Origin: Flavobacteriaceae bacterium
GTDB lineage: Bacteria; Bacteroidota; Bacteroidia; Flavobacteriales; Flavobacteriaceae
Reading direction: 5' to 3'
Length of the DNA stretch: 32,050 nucleotides
Assembly: GCA_052031475.1 (NCBI GenBank)
Contig: JBPEXP010000035.1
Location: 1-32,050, forward strand
Below are positions 17,804 to 25,735 of this stretch, one piece after another. The position numbers were made by a program, and so were the translations under genes. Position 1 is the stretch's first letter. Every line of letters starts with the position of its first letter. The notes under the pieces are model-generated. The model made no database searches. It saw only the letters and a program-made list of their open reading frames with translations, and was not told the origin of the DNA.

Positions 17804-18493
17804 GTGTTTAGGATATTTGACATATTCCTGGAGAACGCGTATCTGCCTATATATGCGATCACAGTAATTGTAGCCCTTTGGAGGTTCCCCAGGTACTACG
17901 ATACGGTTTTTAAATACCTGCCGGTATTACTGACGTATACCTTTCTCAACGAAGTACTCGGTAATATCATTAAATATTTTGATGAGTACGATTTTGTGTT
18001 CAAAGATCTTCTTACCTACAACAATTGGGTCATCTACAATATTTACGATATAATTTTCTATGTGTATTTCATCTACGTTTACTGGCTGAGCACCAAGAAG
18101 GAATACGCGCGGAAAATTATTTTCGGCGGTGGGATCCTGTATCTGATCGCCGCAGTAGTCAATCCATTCCTGACCGACTTTTTAACAAGGTTTCAGATGA
18201 TCTCCTATTTTACAGGAGCCTCAGTGCTTATCGCTTCCATTTTTATCTATCTGAATTACCACAAACAAAAAACCGGGAGCGTGTTCAACTCCAGGAATTT
18301 ACTTTCCTGGATTAGCGCCGGAATTTTGGTATTTCTGATGGGTTATATACCCCTGATAATTTTAGGCCATCTGGAAATTGTGCCAAGGGCTGATTTCCAG
18401 ATCATAAGAAGGATCCATTTACTGCTCATACTGACCATGTACAGCTGTTTTATTTTGGGATTCATCCGAATGAGCAAAAAACAAATCGTTTAG
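17804..18493 (+). CDS. Hypothetical polytopic membrane protein (about 7 TM)
   Basis: The ORF is hydrophobic and Tyr/Phe/Ile-rich. It has a GTG start 16 nt after the preceding stop, and 7 nt separate it from the next gene. Confidence 0.5.
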   Translation: MFRIFDIFLENAYLPIYAITVIVALWRFPRYYDTVFKYLPVLLTYTFLNEVLGNIIKYFDEYDFVFKDLLTYNNWVIYNIYDIIFYVYFIYVYWLSTKKEYARKIIFGGGILYLIAAVVNPFLTDFLTRFQMISYFTGASVLIASIFIYLNYHKQKTGSVFNSRNLLSWISAGILVFLMGYIPLIILGHLEIVPRADFQIIRRIHLLLILTMYSCFILGFIRMSKKQIV

Positions 18494-18500
18494 TACCATT

Positions 18501-19103
18501 ATGAAGATTTTGATTATTGGAGGGAATGGAACCATTGGAAAGACTGTAAGGGATCACTACGCGGCCGAACACGAGGTGCTGGTGGCCGGTAGAAAGGATG
18601 GAGAACTACGCGTGGATCTCTCAGATAGTTCAAGTATTACCGCGATGTTTAAAAAAACGGGGGTGCTTGATGCTGTAGTCTGTGCCGCAGGAGAGGCCAA
18701 ATGGGCTCCCTTTGACGATATGACCGAAGAGGATTTCCATATTGGTCTGAAGAGTAAACTGATGGGACAGGTAAATCTGGTGCGCATAGGCAAGGGCTTC
18801 ATTTCCGAAGGAGGATCCATAACACTTACTACCGGCATACTTGCCGATGACCCGGTGCCCATGACTACCAGTGCCGCTATGGTAAACGGTGCCATTCACA
18901 GCTTTGTAAAGGCACTGGTATTGGATTTGAAAGAGAATATTAGGGTAAACGTGGTGTCCAGCGGCCTGGTAGAGGATGCGGTTTCTAAATATGAGGCCTA
19001 CTTTCCGGGACACCATCCTATCTCAATGAAAAAGATGCTTAGGGCCTATATCCGCAGTATAGAGGGTAAAGGGCACGGAGAGATCATTCGTATCTATCAA
19101 TAA
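18501..19103 (+). CDS. Short NAD(P)-binding Rossmann protein, SDR-like but lacking YxxxK
   Basis: MKILIIGGNGTIGKTV dinucleotide-binding motif in 200 aa. TSAAMVNGA stands where SDRs carry YxxxK, and no YxxxK occurs anywhere in the ORF. Confidence 0.75.
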   Translation: MKILIIGGNGTIGKTVRDHYAAEHEVLVAGRKDGELRVDLSDSSSITAMFKKTGVLDAVVCAAGEAKWAPFDDMTEEDFHIGLKSKLMGQVNLVRIGKGFISEGGSITLTTGILADDPVPMTTSAAMVNGAIHSFVKALVLDLKENIRVNVVSSGLVEDAVSKYEAYFPGHHPISMKKMLRAYIRSIEGKGHGEIIRIYQ

Positions 19104-19131
19104 AAAACCCTGATGATATCACCAGGGTTTT
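19102..19131. terminator. Bidirectional terminator between the SDR-like gene and rpsT
   Basis: AAAAAACCCTG-ATGATATCAC-CAGGGTTTT has flanking A and T runs, so it could serve both convergent genes. Confidence 0.65.
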
Positions 19132-19153
19132 ATTTACTGTAATCTATTCCGCC

Positions 19154-19405
19154 TTACATAGCAGCAACCTGCTTCATCAGCTTGCTCTTCAGGTTGGCCG
19201 CCTTGTTGGCATGGATGATGTTGCGCTTGGCCAGCTTGTCTATCATGCTTACCACTGCGGGCAACAGGGCTTTGGCCTTTTTCTTATCGGTCTCATTGCG
19301 AAGTTTTTTGATCGCATTTCTCGTTGTCTTATGCTGATAACGATTGCGCAATCTCACAGCTTCATTTCTTCTTATTCTCTTTAAAGCGGACTTATGATTT
19401 GCCAT
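19154..19405 (-). CDS. rpsT: 30S ribosomal protein S20
   Basis: [15 protein letters not shown]... 83 aa, basic. Confidence 0.93.
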   Translation of the reverse strand: MANHKSALKRIRRNEAVRLRNRYQHKTTRNAIKKLRNETDKKKAKALLPAVVSMIDKLAKRNIIHANKAANLKSKLMKQVAAM

Positions 19406-19440
19406 ACTATTCTTTTATTATTCTTTGCAAGGATAATTTA

Positions 19441-19491
19441 AGATTGAAGTTTCAAAAATTTGACAATTTTCAATTTTCAACTTTAAATTAT
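19441..19491. repeat. Heptamer repeat block (TTTCAAY / RTTGAAA units) between tRNA-Glu and rpsT
   Basis: The plus strand reads ...ATTGAAG TTTCAAA...ATTTTCA ATTTTCA ACTTTAA. It shares a perfect 16-mer, TTCAATTTTCAACTTT (19469-19484), with 19629-19644. Confidence 0.6.
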
Positions 19492-19503
19492 TCATTAAAC
19501 TCG

Positions 19504-19575
19504 TAGCCCGTAGGGGAATCGAACCCCTGTTACCAGGATGAAAACCTGGCGTCCTAACCCCTAGACGAACGGGCC
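19504..19575 (-). tRNA. tRNA-Glu (anticodon UUC)
   Basis: The reverse complement is GGCCCGTTCGTCTAGGGGTTAGGACGCCAGGTTTTCATCCTGGTAACAGGGGTTCGATTCCCCTACGGGCTA. It folds into a cloverleaf with anticodon stem CCAGG/CCTGG, loop TTTTCAT and T-loop GGTTCGATTCC. No CCA is encoded. Confidence 0.9.
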
Positions 19576-19582
19576 ATTATTA

Positions 19583-19652
19583 ATTGAAAATGGAAGATGG
19601 AAGATTGAAAATGAACCAACTTTCAACTTTCAATTTTCAACTTTCCATTGAA
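19583..19652. repeat. Inverted blocks of heptamer repeats immediately 5' of tRNA-Glu
   Basis: 19583-19617 reads ATTGAAA ATGGAAG ATGGAAG ATTGAAA ATGAACC. 19621-19648 reads TTTCAAC TTTCAAT TTTCAAC TTTCCAT, the inverse orientation. At least two helices can form: 19589-19595/19643-19649 and 19605-19612/19633-19640. Confidence 0.6.
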
Positions 19653-19675
19653 CATAGGTGCCTTTTAGGCAGGTG

Positions 19676-19706
19676 CAAAAATACAATTATTTTTTACTAT
19701 GGCAAC
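19676..19706 (-). promoter_or_regulatory. Candidate promoter for the tRNA-Glu/rpsT transcript
   Basis: On the minus strand, GTTG-N19-TATTTTTG is close to the Bacteroidota TTTG-N19-21-TAnnTTTG consensus. It lies about 100 nt upstream of the mature 5' end of the tRNA. Confidence 0.4.
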
Positions 19707-19733
19707 AACGCCATTCTCTTTTTTTGAAATTGC

Positions 19734-21209
19734 TTAATAGGCCTTGGCAAAGAGCACGCGCTGGCTTGACGGGCGCCCGGTAACCATACATTTTCCGGCT
19801 TCTGGTTGTACTCCGTAGGGGATGCATCTGATGGTGGCCTTGGTCTCATCCTTGATTTTTTCCTCGGTTTCGTTGCTGCCGTCCCAGTGGGCTGAAATAA
19901 ATCCGCCTTTCTCCTCCAGGATCCTTTTAAAATCAGCATAAGTATCTACTTCGGTGATGCGGGCTTCCCTGAAATCAGATGCTCTCTTATACAGGTTTTC
20001 CTGGATGTCTGCTAGCAGATTCTCGATTTTCTCTACGGCAGAGTCGGCCGGCACGGTCATTTTTTCCAGTGTATCCCGTCTTGCTATCTCGAGGGTTCCA
20101 TTTTCCAGGTCGCGCTGTCCAATGGCGATCCGTACCGGAACACCTTTGAGTTCATACTCATTAAATTTGAAGCCGGGCTTGTGGGTATCGCGGTGATCGT
20201 ATTTAACGGAAATCCCCCTGGCCTTTAGAGCTTCGCAAATAGGATTAACGCGCTCTGTAATGGCATCCAACTGATCCAGCCCCTTGTAAATAGGAACAAT
20301 GACTACCTGGATAGGGGCAAGTCTGGGTGGCAAGACCAGGCCGTTATCATCGCTGTGGGTCATGATCAGGGCCCCCATGAGCCGTGTAGACACACCCCAG
20401 GAAGTGGCCCAAACATATTCCTGGTCCCCCTCTTTATTGGCAAATTTTACATCAAAAGCTTTGGCAAAATTCTGGCCCAGAAAATGGGAGGTTCCCGCCT
20501 GCAGTGCCTTACCGTCCTGCATAAGAGCTTCTATACAGTAAGTTTCCACGGCTCCTGCGAATCGCTCACTCTCTGTTTTGGTGCCCTTAATGACCGGTAC
20601 GGCCATAAAATTCTCAGCAAAATCTGCGTAGATCCCCAGTATTAATTCCGCTTCGTCAATGGCTTCCTGCTCTGTAGCGTGTGCTGTATGCCCTTCCTGC
20701 CACAGAAATTCAGCTGTACGGAGGAATAATCGGGTGCGCATTTCCCAGCGTACTACATTGGCCCACTGGTTGATCAGCAAGGGCAGATCCCTGTAGGACT
20801 GGATCCATCTGCGGTACGTATCCCAAATAATGGTTTCCGATGTAGGCCTTACAATGAGTTCTTCTTCCAACCTCGCTTCCTCATCCACCACGATCCCCGA
20901 ACCATCCTCTGCATTTTTGAGGCGATAATGCGTAACTACGGCACATTCTTTGGCAAAGCCTTCCACATGGCTGGCTTCTTTACTCAGATAAGACTTTGGA
21001 ATGAACAAAGGAAAATAGGCATTCTCATGCCCCGTATCCTTAAACATCCGGTCTAGGCCGGCCTGCATTTTTTCCCAGATAGCAAAACCATATGGTTTGA
21101 TGACCATACAGCCTCTAACCCCTGAATTCTCGGCCAGATCAGCCTTTATAACGAGTTCATTGTACCATTTGGAATAATCTTCACTGCGCTTGGTTAAATT
21201 TTTTCCCAT
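19734..21209 (-). CDS. proS: Proline--tRNA ligase (archaeal/eukaryote-like class II type)
   Basis: 491 aa. N-terminus [19 protein letters not shown], class II motifs ([16 protein letters not shown]) and a C-terminal zinc-binding-like end ...LFAKAY. Confidence 0.93.
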   Translation of the reverse strand: MGKNLTKRSEDYSKWYNELVIKADLAENSGVRGCMVIKPYGFAIWEKMQAGLDRMFKDTGHENAYFPLFIPKSYLSKEASHVEGFAKECAVVTHYRLKNAEDGSGIVVDEEARLEEELIVRPTSETIIWDTYRRWIQSYRDLPLLINQWANVVRWEMRTRLFLRTAEFLWQEGHTAHATEQEAIDEAELILGIYADFAENFMAVPVIKGTKTESERFAGAVETYCIEALMQDGKALQAGTSHFLGQNFAKAFDVKFANKEGDQEYVWATSWGVSTRLMGALIMTHSDDNGLVLPPRLAPIQVVIVPIYKGLDQLDAITERVNPICEALKARGISVKYDHRDTHKPGFKFNEYELKGVPVRIAIGQRDLENGTLEIARRDTLEKMTVPADSAVEKIENLLADIQENLYKRASDFREARITEVDTYADFKRILEEKGGFISAHWDGSNETEEKIKDETKATIRCIPYGVQPEAGKCMVTGRPSSQRVLFAKAY

Positions 21210-21246
21210 TCAACGTACTTTGGCACAAATGTTGTGATATTGTTAA

Positions 21247-21254
21247 CAAAAATA
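21247..21254 (-). promoter_or_regulatory. Candidate -7 box (TATTTTTG) for proS
   Basis: Exact TAnnTTTG match on the minus strand, 37 nt upstream of the proS ATG. Confidence 0.35.
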
Positions 21255-21306
21255 GCTCGGTAAAGCTAACTAATTTTAGAATGTTCAACAATATAAATTA
21301 CAAGCG

Positions 21307-22620
21307 ATGACGTATTCTATACCCCAGCCTAAAAATCTCTCGCTTCTGGCTGTTTTAACGGCCTTTTTCCTGATGAGCTCCTGTGGTTCATACAGGCAAT
21401 CGTCTTATTATGATGACGATGGTATTTATCAGGAAGAACCGCGACGCACTACAGTGTACTCCAAACCTCAAAGGCAAGCGGAGACCAAAAAAGAGAGTGA
21501 CGGTATTTACGATGATTATTTCAGTCAGAAGGCCGATCAGATTGATGAGTACATGGATTCTGAAATATTTACGGACATCGACGAATACAGCAGCGAAACA
21601 GAACAGGACAGTTTAGGACTGGCCGAAAAAGGAGATTATACAGACTACAGTGCCCAGGATTACAGCGGCTACGGCGGATGGGGCGAAAACGCATCCAATG
21701 TTAATATCAATGTCTACGGCGGTGGCTGGGGCGGCGGCTGGGGCTGGGGCGGCGGAATCGGCTTTGGCATCGGCATTGGCTGGGGCTGGGGCTGGGGCTA
21801 TCCCGGTTGGGGCTGGGGCTATCCCGGTTGGGGCTGGGGTTATCCTGGCTGGGGCTGGGGTTATGCTGGCTGGGGCTGGGGAGGCTATCCCGGTTGGGGC
21901 TGGGGTTATCCAGGCTGGGGCTGGGGCGGCGGATACTACCCTTACTACGGTTACGGACGTTATGCCTATAACAGGAGCAGACGTGGCTACTACGGTACAG
22001 GAGCCAATGCCATAGCATATAATCAGGCTCGCGGAAGATCCAATCTCGGAACCACAGGACGCTCTGTTCGCACCAGAAATAATAGCGGGCGATCCAATCT
22101 CAGTAACGCCAATCCTAATCTGGCAAGGCGGTCATCTGCCAGATCGGCCAATGCACGTAGCGGAAGGGTAAGTGCAGATGCCATCGAACGCAACCGGGCT
22201 TACAGGTCTAGCCGAAGTACCCGGGCCGTTCCAAGATATAACAACAGTTCCAGATCTGCCCGGACGTACAGGGGCGCAGCCACCAGGAGCGGCACATATC
22301 GCCGAGGTTCATCCGGCACTGCCAGGTCTTCCAGAGGCGCTTACAGAACAGGGTCACCCAGATCTTCTACATATAACAGGAGTGGATCGCCAGCAGGCAG
22401 AAGCTCAGGATACCGCGGTTCTTCCCGATCAGGTTATTCTAGAAGTTCAGGATACCGGGGCAGCACCAGAAGCAGTCCGAGAAGTTCAGGTTACCGGAGC
22501 TCCGGCGGTAGTTACCGAAGTTCAGGAGGCTTTAGGAGCTCAGGAGGATCCTTCAGATCATCAGGCGGAGGACGTTCCGGCGGCGGAGGACGTTCCGGTG
22601 GCGGAAGAGGAAGACAATAA
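21307..22620 (+). CDS. Predicted lipoprotein with a tripartite low-complexity architecture: acidic/Tyr block, (GWGWGYP)n Gly/Trp block, Arg/Ser/Gly/Tyr-rich tail
   Basis: ATG, then a hydrophobic signal and LMSSC (Cys26). 437 codons, 32 nt upstream of a co-oriented OMP gene. Composition described under findings. ORF length alone is weak evidence here, because other frames are also open across the repeat region. Confidence 0.65.
   Translation: MTYSIPQPKNLSLLAVLTAFFLMSSCGSYRQSSYYDDDGIYQEEPRRTTVYSKPQRQAETKKESDGIYDDYFSQKADQIDEYMDSEIFTDIDEYSSETEQDSLGLAEKGDYTDYSAQDYSGYGGWGENASNVNINVYGGGWGGGWGWGGGIGFGIGIGWGWGWGYPGWGWGYPGWGWGYPGWGWGYAGWGWGGYPGWGWGYPGWGWGGGYYPYYGYGRYAYNRSRRGYYGTGANAIAYNQARGRSNLGTTGRSVRTRNNSGRSNLSNANPNLARRSSARSANARSGRVSADAIERNRAYRSSRSTRAVPRYNNSSRSARTYRGAATRSGTYRRGSSGTARSSRGAYRTGSPRSSTYNRSGSPAGRSSGYRGSSRSGYSRSSGYRGSTRSSPRSSGYRSSGGSYRSSGGFRSSGGSFRSSGGGRSGGGGRSGGGRGRQ
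21718..21936 (+). repeat. Gly/Trp-coding tandem repeat array with a GGCTGGGGCTGGGGYTAYCCNGGN-type unit. The period is mostly 21 nt.
   Basis: The core at 21778-21929 holds about seven near-identical units encoding GWGWGYP, GWGWGYA or GWGWGGYP. It is preceded by a degenerate GGGW/GIGF region. Confidence 0.85.
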
Positions 22621-22652
22621 TTCATCATCAGACATACTAAAAAAATCAAGAA

Positions 22653-24155
22653 ATGAAAAGGATCACAACTTTCATGATAGGCTTGTTTTGTGCCGTTCTC
22701 AGCGCACAGGACATCACCGATGTGCTGAGATTCAGCCAGGAAGAGCTTTTAGGAACAGCCCGATTTCAATCGCTTAGCGGAGCCTTTGGTGCCCTGGGTG
22801 GAGACCTTTCGGCCATCAATGTCAACCCGGCCTCCAGCGCGGTGTTCAATAACGGCCAGTTTACCATGACGGGTGCGGCCTATAATCGCAAAAACGACGC
22901 AATCTATTTCGGTACTTTCCGCAATTCAAACATCACCTCCTGGAAATTCAACCAGATCGGTGGGGTTTTTGTATGGAAAGACCAGGAAAACGACTGGAAA
23001 AAGATCGCTTTGGCTTTCAACTATGACCTGGTCCGGAATTTTGATGATGAGTTCTTTGCTTCTGGTAACGGCACTGAGGGCATAGACAATTATTTTCTCA
23101 ATTTTGCCGAAGGAGTTCCCTTTAGCTCCCTACTAATCAGGGATGGTGAATTTATCGAAGATGCTTATTTAAGGGTGGGGTCCACTTTGGGATTTGGTCC
23201 GCAGCAGGCCTTTTTAGGCTATTTTGGCGGTGTGATAGACCCTCTGGATGAAAATGACCCGGACGAGACCAATTATGTCTCTACGGCCACTTATAGCACA
23301 GCTACTCAGGACTTTTTCCAGTCTACAAGAGGCTACAACAGCAAATTTACTATGAACCTTTCTGGCCAATATCAGGATGTATTATACCTGGGAGGTTCAT
23401 TGAATTTTAACAGCGTCTGGTACGAGAAGTTTACCCGCTTTGATGAAACCGGCTACGATCTGGGTTCTGAACTTCAATTTGTGAATTTTGACAACCTCCT
23501 AAGAACCACAGGATGGGCCTTCTCTTTCGGATTAGGAGCCATTGCCAGATTGAATGATAATGTAAGGCTGGGTGCCAGTTACCAAAGCCCCACCTGGTAT
23601 GAACTGCAGGACGACCTCTCTCAGCGGATCAATTCTAATCTCGCAGACAGTGATATAGGGTTTATCGACTTTAATCTGGTTAATTTCTTTGAAAGATATA
23701 CCGTAAAAACACCTTCAAAGTTTACGGGCAGCCTTGGCCTGGTCTTTGGCAAACAGGGATTGCTGAGCTTTGACTACAGCTACCAGGATATGTCACAGGC
23801 CGAATTAAGACCTCCCGGTGATCCCAGCTTTAGTGTTGTAAATACACAGATAGCCAATGAACTAGGAGCGGTTTCAAGTTTCCGGGTTGGCGGTGAGTAC
23901 CGCATCAATGCTTTTAGCTTGCGAGGCGGCTACCGCTTTGAACAAAGCCCCTATAACGATGGGCTTACCATAGGTGACCTTCAAGGCTATTCAGGTGGTT
24001 TTGGATTTAATTTCGGTGGCAGCAGACTGGACTTCGCCTACAGCCGTTCTGAGCAGGATGTCAGTCAGCAACTATTCACTACCGGGATCACGACCCCGGC
24101 TTCGGTGAACCAGATCAGGAACAATTTCCTGATGAGTTACACACTTAATTTCTAA
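22653..24155 (+). CDS. Outer-membrane beta-barrel protein, FadL/TodX/PorV-like. The exact family is uncertain.
   Basis: Signal peptide MKRITTFMIGLFCAVLSAQ. The N-terminal segment GTARFQSLSGAFGALGGDLSAINVNPASSAVF contains an NPA motif like the FadL hatch. There are many amphipathic beta-strand-like stretches, and the C-terminal residue is Phe (...SYTLNF). Confidence 0.7.
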   Translation: MKRITTFMIGLFCAVLSAQDITDVLRFSQEELLGTARFQSLSGAFGALGGDLSAINVNPASSAVFNNGQFTMTGAAYNRKNDAIYFGTFRNSNITSWKFNQIGGVFVWKDQENDWKKIALAFNYDLVRNFDDEFFASGNGTEGIDNYFLNFAEGVPFSSLLIRDGEFIEDAYLRVGSTLGFGPQQAFLGYFGGVIDPLDENDPDETNYVSTATYSTATQDFFQSTRGYNSKFTMNLSGQYQDVLYLGGSLNFNSVWYEKFTRFDETGYDLGSELQFVNFDNLLRTTGWAFSFGLGAIARLNDNVRLGASYQSPTWYELQDDLSQRINSNLADSDIGFIDFNLVNFFERYTVKTPSKFTGSLGLVFGKQGLLSFDYSYQDMSQAELRPPGDPSFSVVNTQIANELGAVSSFRVGGEYRINAFSLRGGYRFEQSPYNDGLTIGDLQGYSGGFGFNFGGSRLDFAYSRSEQDVSQQLFTTGITTPASVNQIRNNFLMSYTLNF

Positions 24156-24165
24156 GGAATAAGGA

Positions 24166-24192
24166 CCCCGACAGACAAATCGGGGTTTTTTT
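24166..24192 (+). terminator. Intrinsic terminator after the OMP gene. It overlaps the stop codon of the convergent T9SS gene.
   Basis: CCCCGA-CAGACAAA-TCGGGG followed by T7. Confidence 0.75.
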
Positions 24193-25606
24193 ATCGCTTG
24201 AGGGTAAAGTGGGTTCGGATGACATTGGCCACTAAAGCCCCGTTCTCATCTCTTTCGTATTCCAGCCTGAACCAGTAATCCGATGATGGCATGGGCCTAC
24301 CATTAAAGGTGCCGTCCCAGCCAATCGTATTCTCATCGAGTTGTTTCAGCAGTTTGCCATATCGGTCGAAGATAAATACCGTGGGGTCAGTGAGCGTCTC
24401 TATTCCCAGTACATTCCAGGCATCGTGTATTCCATCGCCGTTTGGTGTAAAAAATTTGGGATAGCCCACTACCAGGAAAGGAATGGGTTCTGTGGTACCG
24501 CATCCGTTCAGATCGTTGATGATCAAAGTGTTTTCCCCAGGCGGCACATCCACGAATATGGGTGAAGGCTGAAATTCTCCCCCGTTAATCGCGTATTCAT
24601 AGCTGCCATTGCTGGCCATGAAAACCTCTATAATATTATTATCCGATAAATCATCGATGACATCGATCCTGTCCAGTACGGGCGGACCGAAGAAGGTGAT
24701 CAGAATATCGTCTGTTATGGTTGTTGCGAAAGTGGTCTGAATCTCCACGAAATACCGGCCAGAATTAGGGCTGGTTACCACATAGGTTGTGGCAGTGGGT
24801 CCTGAAGCCAGGTTGGGATCGTCAATTACTCCGTCATCATCATAGTCTACAGACCAGGTGACATTGGCTATATTGGGGCCGGCAGGCGAGTTCTCAGCAC
24901 TGAGTGTTATATCCGGATCTCCTTCGCAGGCAATGATATCCAGACCCAGGAATTCGTCCCTGAGCGTACAATCCAGGGCCGTATTCTGATCGGCATCTAC
25001 TGAACTCCCTGTAAACGTGAGCATAAAAGGTTCGGGGTCCCCGTTAAAATTGGTGTTGAAATTATTGATAAGCAGGTAATATACCTCGCCCTGAAGCACG
25101 TCTATCCATTCATCATAAGTATTCTGATTCCCAGTAAGCGGAGGCTGGCCTACCTGCCCGTTCTCAGGGTTTACCCCTACCCCTGTAAAATCCGTATCAT
25201 TCACCTCATAATTACATCGTATGGGCTGGGCCGTACCATTGCTGATACTGGCACAGTCTACATCGGGTCCGTAAAGCGCAAAATCCCACTCGGCAGTGAT
25301 GGTCGTGCCTGTGGAGGGAAGGGCCTGAATATCAAAACCAATCTGGCCGTCTGTGCCAGCCCTGAATACGTACCAGGAAGTATTGTTTTCAATATTGGCG
25401 GAGGCCACACTACCTTTTTCAAGACATCCGGATTGCCTGATCACATTGGGATCAAAATCCTCAATATCGCCCAGGCCATCAGCCTGAGACATGATAGGAG
25501 CATCTGCACAGACAGGAATGGAAGTCCGGCAATCAGGAGAGTTCTGCGCTCTGATCCCCAAAACCATGAGAAAAACAGCGCAAAATGTACATTTTAGTGT
25601 TCGCAT
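24191..25606 (-). CDS. T9SS type B sorting domain-containing secreted protein (paralog 1)
   Basis: Signal peptide. The C-terminus GYPKFFTPNGDGIHDAWNV...FDRYGKLL...WDGTFNGRPMPSSDYWF...FTLKR matches the gliding-motility/type B CTD. The N-terminal Cys-rich module is shared with the next gene. Confidence 0.85.
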   Translation of the reverse strand: MRTLKCTFCAVFLMVLGIRAQNSPDCRTSIPVCADAPIMSQADGLGDIEDFDPNVIRQSGCLEKGSVASANIENNTSWYVFRAGTDGQIGFDIQALPSTGTTITAEWDFALYGPDVDCASISNGTAQPIRCNYEVNDTDFTGVGVNPENGQVGQPPLTGNQNTYDEWIDVLQGEVYYLLINNFNTNFNGDPEPFMLTFTGSSVDADQNTALDCTLRDEFLGLDIIACEGDPDITLSAENSPAGPNIANVTWSVDYDDDGVIDDPNLASGPTATTYVVTSPNSGRYFVEIQTTFATTITDDILITFFGPPVLDRIDVIDDLSDNNIIEVFMASNGSYEYAINGGEFQPSPIFVDVPPGENTLIINDLNGCGTTEPIPFLVVGYPKFFTPNGDGIHDAWNVLGIETLTDPTVFIFDRYGKLLKQLDENTIGWDGTFNGRPMPSSDYWFRLEYERDENGALVANVIRTHFTLKR

Positions 25607-25686
25607 AGAGGGCGCGGGGATAACTATCTTCTTTTAATCTATAGTATAACTCCCGGAGCGCCGATTTAGTATGTTAAAAATGACTT

Positions 25687-25705
25687 TTTCGACACATGGT
25701 CGAAA
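25687..25705 (-). terminator. Weak terminator-like hairpin between the two T9SS cargo genes
   Basis: TTTCGAC-5 nt-GTCGAAA forms a 7-bp stem, but the U-run is not immediately adjacent. Confidence 0.3.
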
Positions 25706-25735
25706 CCTTTTCCTACGTTTATTTCTTAGGTTGAC

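Noticed and set aside
19469-19644. The 16-nt direct repeat flanking tRNA-Glu considered as att sites of an integrated element
   Set aside because: The 160-bp interval contains only the tRNA itself. There is no integrase or cargo in or near it. The repeats are better explained as part of the heptamer repeat blocks.
21718-21936. The tandem repeat array considered as a CRISPR or other non-coding array
   Set aside because: The units are contiguous with no spacers, the period is 21 nt, and the array is in frame inside a signal-peptide-bearing ORF. No cas genes are present.
21718-21936. GW repeats as analogues of the eukaryotic GW182 Argonaute-binding hooks
   Set aside because: The resemblance is purely compositional. 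The protein is predicted to be exported and lipidated, and no pAgo gene is present in the window.
21650-22777. Alternative-frame ORFs across the repeat gene (21650..22015 +, 21707..22018 -, 22172..22777 +)
   Set aside because: GC-rich, stop-poor repeats keep several frames open. These frames give Ala/Gly/Pro or Pro/Ser runs with no start context. 22172..22777 would run through the intergenic gap into the OMP gene. Synonymous-type variation between repeat units fits the GWGWGYP frame.
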